DNA from: Candidatus Woesebacteria bacterium
GTDB taxonomy: Bacteria > Patescibacteriota > Microgenomatia > UBA8517
Assembly (NCBI GenBank): GCA_003484955.1
Contig: DMZH01000002.1
Coordinates: forward strand, 78,825-142,824
Reading direction: 5' to 3'
Length of the DNA stretch: 64,000 nt
Made by a program: the position numbers and the translations under genes. Numbering within the stretch: the stretch's first letter is position 1; each line of letters begins with the position of its first letter. Positions 48,398 through 57,341 of the stretch are shown here, in pieces. The notes beneath the pieces were generated by a model. That model saw only the letters and a list, made by a program, of their open reading frames with translations. It made no database searches and had not been told where the DNA came from.

Positions 48398-50173
48398 ATG
48401 TGCGGAATATTTGGATATGTTGGTAATAGAAATGACGGACAGAAACTGGTTTTTAGTGGTTTGAAAAGTCTTGAATACCGCGGATACGACAGTTGGGGAG
48501 TTGGGGTAATCCCCGAGGAAAGTAAAAACACGATAGCCATAAAGAAGAAAGTTGGTAAAATCGGAAACGCCAACGTCAGCGATTTGCCGGGAGGCAGTCT
48601 TTCATTCGGCCATACACGCTGGGCAACCCACGGCGGCGTGACGGACGCAAACGCACACCCGCATCTTGATTGCAGCGGTACCATTGCCGTCATCCATAAT
48701 GGGATTTTTGAAAATTATGAGGAGATAAAAAAAGGGCTATTGAGGAAGGGTCATAAATTTGTTTCCGAAACGGATACGGAAACTCTGACACACCTCCTTG
48801 AGGATTTTAGTAAAGACAAGCCTTTTGCCGAGGCGGTAAGGGCGGCATTTAACCGCATGGATGGGCTTAATGCCGTGATAGCTGTCAGTGCTAAGGAAAA
48901 TTTACTGGTAGCCGCCAGGAACGGATCCCCTCTGGTAATCGGGTTTGGTAAGAATGAAAATTTTTTGGCAAGCGACGCGTCGGCACTTCTTCCCTATACG
49001 AGAGATGTTTATTTCCTTGAAGATAATGAAATGGCCGTTCTTGCCCCCGGCAAAGTTACTATTTTGAATGTAAAAACCGCCAAAGAGATTACCCCTAAAA
49101 GAAAAAGGCTGGATTGGAAAATTGAACAAGGTGAAAAGGGAAAATATAAGTTTTATATGCTTAAAGAAATTTTTGAGCAGCCTCAAATTATTACGGATAT
49201 TGCCGTATCCGGAGCTTCTCAGGCTGAAGAAATAGCAAAAAAAATCAAGGACGCGCGGGGAACTTATTTGGTTGGCTGTGGGACAGCTTCATATGCCTGT
49301 CTCGCGGGCTCGTATTTGTTTTCTAAACTGGCAAAACGGCATGTAAACTTTGCGATAGGTAGCGAGTTTGGCTACAGTTTGGATTTCTTAAACAAAGATA
49401 GTCTGGTGATTGCAATTTCACAGTCCGGAGAAACGATGGATATTCTGGAATCGGTTAAAAAAGCCAAAGATAAGGGCGCAAAAATTCTGAGTCTGGTAAA
49501 TGTTCCCGGTTCATCCCTTTACAGGCTATCCGATTATAAAATGCTGATTGGAGCCGGTCAGGAGAGGGCGGTTGCGTCAACAAAGGCTTTTACCGGCATG
49601 GTTGCGCACCTAGTGCTTTTGGCCAATTCATTAAACGGCGGAGTAAAAGAAGGTCAAAAATCACTGATGGCAGCAGTTAAGTCGGTTAATCAGATATTAT
49701 CCCTCAAATCTCTAAGAAAAATTAAAGAACTTACATCGCGAATTGTAGACAAAAAACATATCTATGTAATCGGGCGTGGGCTTTCTTATCCGGCAAGCCT
49801 TGAAACAGCACTTAAAATTAAGGAAATTTCATACATCCATGCCGAAGGCCTTGCCGCGGGCGAACTTAAGCATGGCCCGCTTGCTTTGATTGAAAAAGGT
49901 ACTCCGTGTATCAGTTTTCTCCCTAACGATGAGACTTACGGATCAAATCTTGCCGGAGCTATGGAAATGAAGGCAAGAGGAGGCTATATTATCGGGATTT
50001 CTCATAAACCTCGCGAGGTTTTTGATTATTATATACATGTTTCCGATGCCGGGGAGTCCAGTATTATTCCCGAGGTTATTGTTGCTCAGCTTCTTGCCTA
50101 CTACCTCACAATAAAGAAAGGACTTGATCCGGATAAACCCAGAAATTTGGCAAAGTCCGTTACAGTTAAATAA
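48398..50173 (+). CDS. glmS: Glutamine-fructose-6-phosphate amidotransferase
   Basis: MCGIFG, LEYRGYDS.G, GHTRWATHG, SQSGET, ALKIKE, ELKHGP, DKPRNLAKSVTV. Confidence 0.97.
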   Translation: MCGIFGYVGNRNDGQKLVFSGLKSLEYRGYDSWGVGVIPEESKNTIAIKKKVGKIGNANVSDLPGGSLSFGHTRWATHGGVTDANAHPHLDCSGTIAVIHNGIFENYEEIKKGLLRKGHKFVSETDTETLTHLLEDFSKDKPFAEAVRAAFNRMDGLNAVIAVSAKENLLVAARNGSPLVIGFGKNENFLASDASALLPYTRDVYFLEDNEMAVLAPGKVTILNVKTAKEITPKRKRLDWKIEQGEKGKYKFYMLKEIFEQPQIITDIAVSGASQAEEIAKKIKDARGTYLVGCGTASYACLAGSYLFSKLAKRHVNFAIGSEFGYSLDFLNKDSLVIAISQSGETMDILESVKKAKDKGAKILSLVNVPGSSLYRLSDYKMLIGAGQERAVASTKAFTGMVAHLVLLANSLNGGVKEGQKSLMAAVKSVNQILSLKSLRKIKELTSRIVDKKHIYVIGRGLSYPASLETALKIKEISYIHAEGLAAGELKHGPLALIEKGTPCISFLPNDETYGSNLAGAMEMKARGGYIIGISHKPREVFDYYIHVSDAGESSIIPEVIVAQLLAYYLTIKKGLDPDKPRNLAKSVTVK

Positions 50174-50200
50174 CTTGCCAAAACTGGGCAGAGCTTGCAT

Positions 50201-50242
50201 ATACACTATATACTATATAGTTTATAGTTATAAGCTATAATT
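50201..50242. repeat. Intergenic degenerate 7-bp-period repeat containing an inverted repeat
   Basis: ATACACT ATATACT ATATAGT TTATAGT TATAAGC TATAATT; ACTATA-T-ACTATATAGT-T-TATAGT is near-palindromic. Confidence 0.6.
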
Positions 50243-50248
50243 AATATT

Positions 50249-50572
50249 ATGTCTACGGAAAACATGGGTGAGTTTATTAGAAGCCTCCTTCAGAAGGACG
50301 ATTCTTTGACGGATCTAAACAATTGCCGTAATTCTACGTCAAAAATAGGGAAAGAAGTAAAAGGCAAATTTCCTGAAGCTAAAACAGAAGTTTTGGTCTA
50401 TCCGGAACCCAGCGCAGGATACGGTGTGCATTATTCGCTTTTGATTGCCCAGGGCGATGAAGAAATTCTGGTTAACGCCGTAGCCGCTCCAGGGTTCCCC
50501 GAGTATATTGGAAGTTCTAAGGCTGCTCCTCCAACGTTTACAGCAATGAAGGTAACGCCGAGGGTAATATAG
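50249..50572 (+). CDS. Small hypothetical protein
   Basis: 107 aa; TATAAT 7 nt upstream; NNC...HY...VN pattern. Confidence 0.65.
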   Translation: MSTENMGEFIRSLLQKDDSLTDLNNCRNSTSKIGKEVKGKFPEAKTEVLVYPEPSAGYGVHYSLLIAQGDEEILVNAVAAPGFPEYIGSSKAAPPTFTAMKVTPRVI

Positions 50573-50588
50573 TTTTTCGAAAAAGAGG

Positions 50589-51761
50589 TTAACCTCTAAA
50601 AGTGTAAATAATCCGGTTTTCTTTCAAGTCTGCAATTTTCTTAAATCCGTAGTTTGTATAAAGTTTGTTCGCATGGACGTTGTCTTTCGCCGTGCTAAGC
50701 CAGACCCCTTTTTCATTGGATACCCTAAAATCTTTAAAGACAATATACATAAATTTTGATGAAAGTCCTTTGCTGCGGGCCGGAGGATAATTTCTTATTG
50801 CAAAAGTGTAGCCACAGTTAGATGTCTTTAAAAGTTTGGAAACTCTGACGGGTGCGGTTTTGCTGCTAAACCAAATTATTCCGAGGAGTTTATTTCTACG
50901 CCCGACCATTACATAAATTTTTTTTCCACGCTTTTTCCAGGAAATAAAGGCCTTGAATGAACTGAAACGCTCCCTGTCATGTGTAAATTTTTTGATCAAG
51001 TTGTCTTTGCCGGTTGAGTGAATTAATTGTTCAATTTGGGGCTTGGAAATTTCTCTTAATATAGAAATATTTTCTTTTATATTCCTTTGAGACAAGATGC
51101 CTACGAAATTTTTCAGATAATGAATAAGATTTTCGGAAGAATCCGTTTCATAATCAATCGATATTTTATCCTTTGGCAGAATATTCTTATATTTTCCAAA
51201 CCTGAACCAGACAGTGATACATCCAGGGTCAACTCTTTTAGCTTTTTCCAGAAAATGGGCTCTATCATCCACCATTATTATTTGGTTATAGCCGGACGCT
51301 TTGAATTTCAGAATTGTACCCCCGAGTGCGGTTTTTTTATTTTTCAGAATTACGATATTGTCTTTGCCTATTAATTTTTCAATTCCGCTTCCATTTATTT
51401 TAGTAGGTTGGTAATGGGCATCACCCAAGGAGTAGAGGGTTACTTTTCCGCCACCCTTCAATATTTTTATTAGTTTGTCCGAGTGCTTGAAAACGAATTT
51501 TTTAAACTCCGCTTTGAAAAACAAGTCCTCAAAATCCTTTGCCGAACCATCCCCGAATTTTTTGTGTAAATCTTTGGAAATTTCTTTAATATCAACATAT
51601 TTCAAAGCTTTAACCGATTCGGCGTAAGTTTTCCAAAATAGGGATAAGTTTTTATCGCCAAATCTTTTTTTGAAATTTTCGGAGATGGATCTTTTTAGGG
51701 CATCGGTATCAAAAAGGGTGTTGTCAAAATCGATAAGATAAACTCTTTTGGGTTCTCTCAT
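50589..51761 (-). CDS. HAD-superfamily domain fused to a GNAT acetyltransferase domain
   Basis: IDFDNTLFD (motif I), YSLG, K, MVDDR (motif IV); C-terminal ARSKGLS, VWLST..DN..A..LY..YGF (GNAT). Confidence 0.82.
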   Translation of the reverse strand: MREPKRVYLIDFDNTLFDTDALKRSISENFKKRFGDKNLSLFWKTYAESVKALKYVDIKEISKDLHKKFGDGSAKDFEDLFFKAEFKKFVFKHSDKLIKILKGGGKVTLYSLGDAHYQPTKINGSGIEKLIGKDNIVILKNKKTALGGTILKFKASGYNQIIMVDDRAHFLEKAKRVDPGCITVWFRFGKYKNILPKDKISIDYETDSSENLIHYLKNFVGILSQRNIKENISILREISKPQIEQLIHSTGKDNLIKKFTHDRERFSSFKAFISWKKRGKKIYVMVGRRNKLLGIIWFSSKTAPVRVSKLLKTSNCGYTFAIRNYPPARSKGLSSKFMYIVFKDFRVSNEKGVWLSTAKDNVHANKLYTNYGFKKIADLKENRIIYTFRG

Positions 51762-51824
51762 TGTTATAATCTTGCCCTTGCCTCAATTGGAGTCGGGCTC
51801 GATTGCTGATATAATATACCACAG

Positions 51825-53834
51825 ATGATCAAAAATCTTGGGGAATTAATCGGAAAGCTTTCCAGTTACAAAGGTTTGACCGACGACTCGAGAAAGGTTG
51901 AAAAAGGCCATATTTTTGTTGCCGTCAGAGGTGTTGGAAGTGACGGTCACGACTATATTAAAGACGCTTTCAAAAACGGCGCTTCCCTGGTAGTGGGCGA
52001 AAAGGATATCAAAATCGGGAATTATCTTAAAGTTAAAGACAGCCGCGAAGCCCTGGGACAACTTGCGTCCGTTTGGTTTGGCCGCCCTTCCGAAAAACTT
52101 AAAATGATCGGGATTACCGGAACAAAAGGAAAAACCACGACTGCACACATTATTCATCACATTTTAAATTCCCTTGGAAAAAGAGTTGGAATTTTGTCCT
52201 CAATTTCGGTGCCCGGCCTTCATGTTACAAGTCCTGATGTAATTTCTTTGCATAAATTCCTAAAGAAATTTGTCGATGATGGGGACGAATATGCAGTTGT
52301 CGAAGTCAGCTCTCATGGGATTGACCAAAAAAGAATCGCCGGGATTCACTTTGACGTTGGAGTGCTGACCAATATAGCGCCGGAGCACTTGGATTATCAC
52401 AGGACCTTCAAAGAGTATAAAAAGGTAAAAAAGTCATTTATAAATTCCTGTAAATGGAAAGTTATTTCTCCCAAAGACACTTCCATAAATGTATTGCCGG
52501 GAAAATACAATAATTTGAACGTCGAGGTGGCTATCTCAGCGGTTGAAAAATTTGGTATTTCAAGGAATAGTGCCCTAAAAGTGCTTAAAGATTTTAGACT
52601 GCCGGAAGGAAGACTTGCCGAAATAAAAAACGATATAGGCGCAAACATTATTATAGATTTTGCGCATACTCCAGATTCGCTTGAGGCGGTATTGACCCAT
52701 CTTCGCGGGACTACTCGGGGAAAACTTATTTCCTTATTCGGGTGTGCGGGGGAAAGAGATCCAAGAAAAAGATTTAAAATGGGCAAAATTTCAGCAAAGT
52801 TAAGCGACATTTCAGTTTTTACCGCAGAGGATCCGAGAAGCGAGAATGTCTTTGACATCTTGTCAAAAATGTCGGAAGGGGCGAGAAGTGCAAACGCCAA
52901 AGAAGATAAAACTTTTTTCAAAATTGCGGAGCGTGGTGAAGCAATTGCCTATGCCCTCTCTCTTTGCAAAAAAGGAGATACGGTTGCAATTTTAGGAAAA
53001 GGCCATGAAAAAAGCATGGCATATGGGGTTTACGAACACCCTTGGAGCGACAAGGAAATAGTTGAAAACTTTCTGGGCAGAAGTAAGGACATATCTGCCG
53101 TGATTCTGGCTGCTGGAAAAGGGACGAGAATGAAATCAACTCTGCCTAAAGTTATTCACAAAATTTGTGGACGGCCGATGATTGCCTACACATTGGAAAA
53201 TTTAAGATCCGCAGGAGTAGGAAGCATTACTGCAGTTATTTCTTTTAAAAGGAATCAGGTGGCAAAGTACATTAAAGGTGCCATTGAGCTTGCTATACAG
53301 AAAAATCCCAAGGGAGGAACTGCGGATGCGGCCAGGGCAGGTTTTGTAAAAGTACCTCCTTCCTCAAAGATACTGATTGTTATAAACGGAGATGACAGTG
53401 CCTTTTACAAGCCGGAAACAATCAGGCAAATTATTAAGATTCATGTTGAGAGGCAAAGGGCGCTGACATTTGTTTCACTTATGAAAAACAACCCAACCGG
53501 GCTTGGTAGGGTTATCAGGGGTAAAAACGGTCTTATTACAAAAATCGTTGAAGAAAGAGATGCCACACCCGAGGAAAAAAATATTAAAGAGGTTAATGAC
53601 GGCCTTTATGTTTTCGATAAAGACTGGTTTGCCAAAAATATCGATAATGTCAAAAAGAGCAAGCAGGGCGAATATTATCTGGTAGATTTAATTAAGATGG
53701 CGATTGATCAGGGAATGAGGATGGCAACCTATACTTTGCCGGATGACAGTGAATGGCAGGGAATAAATACTCCTGAGGAATTGGAAAAAGCCAGGATAAA
53801 AATGGAAGAAAGATTGGGGACTTTCAATGAATAA
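51825..53834 (+). CDS. murE: MurE ligase fused to the GlmU N-terminal uridyltransferase domain
   Basis: DSRKV, DGH.Y, GITGTKGKTT, EVSSH, EHLDYH, GR, DFAHTPD, EDPR, GKGHE; from about 53088 ILAAGKGTRMKS.LPKV.H, GLGR, IVEE.DA, EVN.G.Y, GEYYL.D, GINT; no hexapeptide domain. Confidence 0.93.
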   Translation: MIKNLGELIGKLSSYKGLTDDSRKVEKGHIFVAVRGVGSDGHDYIKDAFKNGASLVVGEKDIKIGNYLKVKDSREALGQLASVWFGRPSEKLKMIGITGTKGKTTTAHIIHHILNSLGKRVGILSSISVPGLHVTSPDVISLHKFLKKFVDDGDEYAVVEVSSHGIDQKRIAGIHFDVGVLTNIAPEHLDYHRTFKEYKKVKKSFINSCKWKVISPKDTSINVLPGKYNNLNVEVAISAVEKFGISRNSALKVLKDFRLPEGRLAEIKNDIGANIIIDFAHTPDSLEAVLTHLRGTTRGKLISLFGCAGERDPRKRFKMGKISAKLSDISVFTAEDPRSENVFDILSKMSEGARSANAKEDKTFFKIAERGEAIAYALSLCKKGDTVAILGKGHEKSMAYGVYEHPWSDKEIVENFLGRSKDISAVILAAGKGTRMKSTLPKVIHKICGRPMIAYTLENLRSAGVGSITAVISFKRNQVAKYIKGAIELAIQKNPKGGTADAARAGFVKVPPSSKILIVINGDDSAFYKPETIRQIIKIHVERQRALTFVSLMKNNPTGLGRVIRGKNGLITKIVEERDATPEEKNIKEVNDGLYVFDKDWFAKNIDNVKKSKQGEYYLVDLIKMAIDQGMRMATYTLPDDSEWQGINTPEELEKARIKMEERLGTFNE

Positions 53835-55035
53835 ATTAAAGAAGATCCACATGATGGGAATCGGCGGGAGTGGAATATCTGCCGTTGCCCTCCTCGCCTC
53901 CAAAATGGGCTATGAGGTTACGGGCTGTGATCTGGAGGAGCAGACCGCCTACGCTAAGAATTTTTTTAAAGGACATGATCCAAGCCACCTGGAAGGAATA
54001 GACTTTCTTATAGTTTCGCCTGCAATTTATTATCAAAACAAAGAAAATCCGGAGCTTATCGAGGCGGAGAAAAGAAAAATCGTAATGACCTGGCAGGAGT
54101 TTCTCGGAAAATATTTGACCGAGGGCAAGAAAGTAATTTGCATTGCGGGCACCCACGGCAAGTCTACAACAACAGCAATGGTAGGTAAGCTTTTAGTTGA
54201 TGCAGGTTTGGACCCTTCAGTTGTTGTCGGCGCAAAAATACCAGAATGGGAGGCAAATGCAAGGTTTGGCAAAGGAGAATATTTTGTAATCGAGGCAGAC
54301 GAATTTAATAATAATTTCCTAAACTATCATCCCGACATAATTATTATTAACAATATTGAGTTTGACCATCCCGATTTTTTCAAAAACGAAGAGGAAGTAC
54401 GGGAAGCTTTCAGAAAATTTGTGAACAATCTTAAAGGAGAGAAAATTTTAATTATGGAAAAAGATAATTCTGGGAAAAAGTTTCATTTAAAGATTTTTGG
54501 AGAACACAATCAGAAGAATGCAAACCTGGTTTATGTTTTGGGTAAAAAGTTGGGAATAGCCGAAGAGACCATTGTTAAATCTTTGGAGAGTTTTTCCGGA
54601 ATCGGGAGGAGAATGGAGCTTATTGCGGGTCGTGGTGGCGTAAAGATTTTTGATGATTATGCTCACCATCCGACCGCCATAAAAACAACGATTGAAGGTT
54701 TAAGAAAAGAATTTCCCGAATCAAAAATTTGGGTAATTGATGAACCGCACGGTTTTGCGAGGACTCATGCGCTTCTTCCGAAATATGATGGAGTTTTTAA
54801 TGCGGCGGATAAAATTATAGTTGGACCGATTTTTAAAGCTCGTGACAGTGAAACTTTTGGGATAACTCCGGAAGATGTTGCCCGTGCCACCGGCAACAAA
54901 AACGCGATTGGGATTAATTCTTTTGAAAAAATTAAGAAAATGTTATTGGAAGAAGTTAAATCGGGAGATATTATTTTGGTAATGGGAGCAGGAAAAAGTT
55001 ATTTATGGGCCAGGGAGATTGCCGAGTTGATATAA
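53827..55035 (+). CDS. murC: UDP-MurNAc-L-alanine ligase
   Basis: GIGGSG.S, GTHGKSTT, EADE, NIEFDH.D, G..RR, DDYAHHPT, MGAG. Confidence 0.95.
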   Translation: MNKLKKIHMMGIGGSGISAVALLASKMGYEVTGCDLEEQTAYAKNFFKGHDPSHLEGIDFLIVSPAIYYQNKENPELIEAEKRKIVMTWQEFLGKYLTEGKKVICIAGTHGKSTTTAMVGKLLVDAGLDPSVVVGAKIPEWEANARFGKGEYFVIEADEFNNNFLNYHPDIIIINNIEFDHPDFFKNEEEVREAFRKFVNNLKGEKILIMEKDNSGKKFHLKIFGEHNQKNANLVYVLGKKLGIAEETIVKSLESFSGIGRRMELIAGRGGVKIFDDYAHHPTAIKTTIEGLRKEFPESKIWVIDEPHGFARTHALLPKYDGVFNAADKIIVGPIFKARDSETFGITPEDVARATGNKNAIGINSFEKIKKMLLEEVKSGDIILVMGAGKSYLWAREIAELI

Positions 55036-55043
55036 TTAGTTCT

Positions 55044-56057
55044 ATGAAAATAATTGAAGACAAAAAATTTAAAGATTTAACGACTTTCCGCATCGGAGGG
55101 AAGATAAAATATTATGTTGAAGTAAAAAGCGAGGGTGAGATAAGAGAGATGATCCGGTTTGCAAAAACCAACAACCTGCCGATTTTTATAGTTGGTGACG
55201 GAAGCGATTTTTTGGCCAGCGACAGGAAGTATGAGGGGCTGGTAATTAAATATACAGGCGATGGTTTAAAATTCGAAGTTCAAGATTCTGAGGTTTTTGT
55301 AACAGCGGGGGCGGGACTCAATTGGGATAAATTGGTTGAAGAAACCGTAAAAAGAAATCTTCAAGGATTGGAATGCCTTTCGGGGGTTCCCGGGACAGCA
55401 GGGGCAGCTCCGATTCAAAATATGGGTGCTTACGGACAGGAAGTGGCAGATACTTTTTATAAGCTTGAGGCCTATGATATTCAAAATGAAGAGCATAAAA
55501 CTTTTACCAAAGAGGACTGTAAATTCGGCTACAGGGAAAGTGTTTTTAAGGATAAAGAAAACTGGCAGAAATATCTGATTATCAGTGTAACTTTCAAGTT
55601 GAGTAAAGACGGGAAACCAAACACAAGCTATGAGTCGTTGAAAAATTCTGTCGGCGAGGGAGCAACACTGCAAGAGGTTAGGAAAGCGGTTTTGAAAACC
55701 AGAAAGGAAAAACTGGAGGATCCGAAAGAAGTCGGCAATGCTGGATCGTTTTTTAAAAATCCCGTGATAGATGTCGATGAGAAAGTCAGGATTGAAAAAG
55801 AGTTTGCCGATGCAAAAATCTTTCCGTTTAAAAATATGTATAAAGTTTCCGCTGCCTGGATGATAGAAAGAGCCGGATGGAAAGGAAAAAGCGAAGACGG
55901 GGTTGCGGTTTCGCCCAAACACGCTCTTATTTTGATAAACAAAAGCGGATATGCATCTGCCGAGGATGTCTATAAACTTTCGGAGATGATAATAAAGGAT
56001 GTTTCTGAGAAATTCGGAGTTAAGCTTGAGAGGGAAGTTCAGTTGATCAATTTTTAA
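55044..56057 (+). CDS. murB: UDP-N-acetylenolpyruvylglucosamine reductase
   Basis: TTFRIGG, GLECLSGVPGT.G..PIQN.GAYG, FGYRES, NAGSFFKNP, HAL, LEREV. Confidence 0.95.
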   Translation: MKIIEDKKFKDLTTFRIGGKIKYYVEVKSEGEIREMIRFAKTNNLPIFIVGDGSDFLASDRKYEGLVIKYTGDGLKFEVQDSEVFVTAGAGLNWDKLVEETVKRNLQGLECLSGVPGTAGAAPIQNMGAYGQEVADTFYKLEAYDIQNEEHKTFTKEDCKFGYRESVFKDKENWQKYLIISVTFKLSKDGKPNTSYESLKNSVGEGATLQEVRKAVLKTRKEKLEDPKEVGNAGSFFKNPVIDVDEKVRIEKEFADAKIFPFKNMYKVSAAWMIERAGWKGKSEDGVAVSPKHALILINKSGYASAEDVYKLSEMIIKDVSEKFGVKLEREVQLINF

Positions 56058-56084
56058 CTACAGCGCATTAATGCACCATAATTT

Positions 56085-57332
56085 ATGAATAATAAAATTG
56101 CGATTTTGGGATATGGTCTTGAAGGTCAGGATGCAGAAAAGTATTTCAAGAATCTTGGAGACGAAGTTACTGTTTTAGATAAGAAATTTGACGAAAATTA
56201 TCTTAAAAATCTGAATGACTTTAATATTATTGTTCGTTCTCCGGGTGTTTACAGATATCTGCCCGAAATTGTAAAAGCAGAAGAAAACGGGGTTAAAATA
56301 ACATCCTCTTTAAAAATATTTTTTGATAACTGTCCGGGAAATATTATCGGCGTGACCGGAACAAAGGGAAAAGGAACAACCTCAACTTTAATTTATGAAA
56401 TTCTTAAGAATGCCGGAAAAGACGTTTATCTGGTAGGGAATATCGGGAAACCTTATTTGGAACTTCTTTCAAAACTCACAAAAAACAGTTTCGTAATAAT
56501 GGAGCTTTCTTCTTTTCAGTTAATCGACTTAACCAAAAGTCCGCATATTGCGGTAGTCTTAAATATCACCCTTGATCATATGGATTGGCATAAGAGTAAA
56601 GAAGAATATGTAGAGGCCAAGAAAAATATCCTGAGTTACCAAAGTCCCGACGATTTTGCAATATTAAACGAGGAATATGAAACACCAAAAAGTTTTGTAG
56701 AAGCCGCAAAAGGAAAAACAGTTTTTTTCTCAAAGACCAAGCTTGAACAGAAATACAAAGAGAATTTACTTCTTCGTGGTGAGCATAATTTGGAAAACAT
56801 TGCCGCTGCCGTTGCTGCCGCAAAAATTGTCGGCATTAACGAGGGGACAATTCTGGAAACCGTGAGGTCTTTTAAGGGGTTGGAGCACAGACTTGAGTTG
56901 GTTGACACGATAGAAGGCATAGCCTTTTACAACGATTCTTTTGCAACCGGCCCCCAGCCGACGATTGCGGCAATGAACTCGTTTACTGATCCCGAAACTC
57001 TGATTCTTGGCGGAAGCGATAAAGGCCTGGACTATCAGGAATTAATGCGCGAGATAGAAAAAAAGGAAAACATCAAAAATCTTATTTTGATTGGCGACGT
57101 CGGAAATAAAATTACCGATATCTTGAAGGGTTACGCCTTTCAAGGCAGTGTAATCAACATGGGGCACTCATCGATGGAGGAAATCGTCAAAAAAGCTTTC
57201 GAGATAACCCCTAGGGGCGGCATTGTAATCCTGTCACCGGCAGCGGCCAGTTTTGATATGTTCAAAGACTATAAAGACAGGGGAAACCAATTTAAGAAGT
57301 CAGTTTTTAAACTCAGAGACCTACCTGTATAA
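56085..57332 (+). CDS. murD: UDP-MurNAc-L-Ala-D-glutamate ligase
   Basis: SPG, GVTGTKGKGTT, GNIG, ELSSFQL, DHMDWH, GLEHRLE, NDS, GGSDKG, SPAAASFD.F..Y..RG. Confidence 0.95.
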   Translation: MNNKIAILGYGLEGQDAEKYFKNLGDEVTVLDKKFDENYLKNLNDFNIIVRSPGVYRYLPEIVKAEENGVKITSSLKIFFDNCPGNIIGVTGTKGKGTTSTLIYEILKNAGKDVYLVGNIGKPYLELLSKLTKNSFVIMELSSFQLIDLTKSPHIAVVLNITLDHMDWHKSKEEYVEAKKNILSYQSPDDFAILNEEYETPKSFVEAAKGKTVFFSKTKLEQKYKENLLLRGEHNLENIAAAVAAAKIVGINEGTILETVRSFKGLEHRLELVDTIEGIAFYNDSFATGPQPTIAAMNSFTDPETLILGGSDKGLDYQELMREIEKKENIKNLILIGDVGNKITDILKGYAFQGSVINMGHSSMEEIVKKAFEITPRGGIVILSPAAASFDMFKDYKDRGNQFKKSVFKLRDLPV

Positions 57333-57341
57333 TCTCCAGTC

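Noticed and set aside
50573..50588. TTTTCGAAAA palindrome between convergent genes as a terminator
   Set aside because: Stem is too weak to call an intrinsic terminator
55262..55289. Weak period-7 pattern in murB (AAATTCG AAGTTCA AGATTCT), and a similar one near 17170-17200
   Set aside because: Too degenerate to separate from chance without a statistical scan
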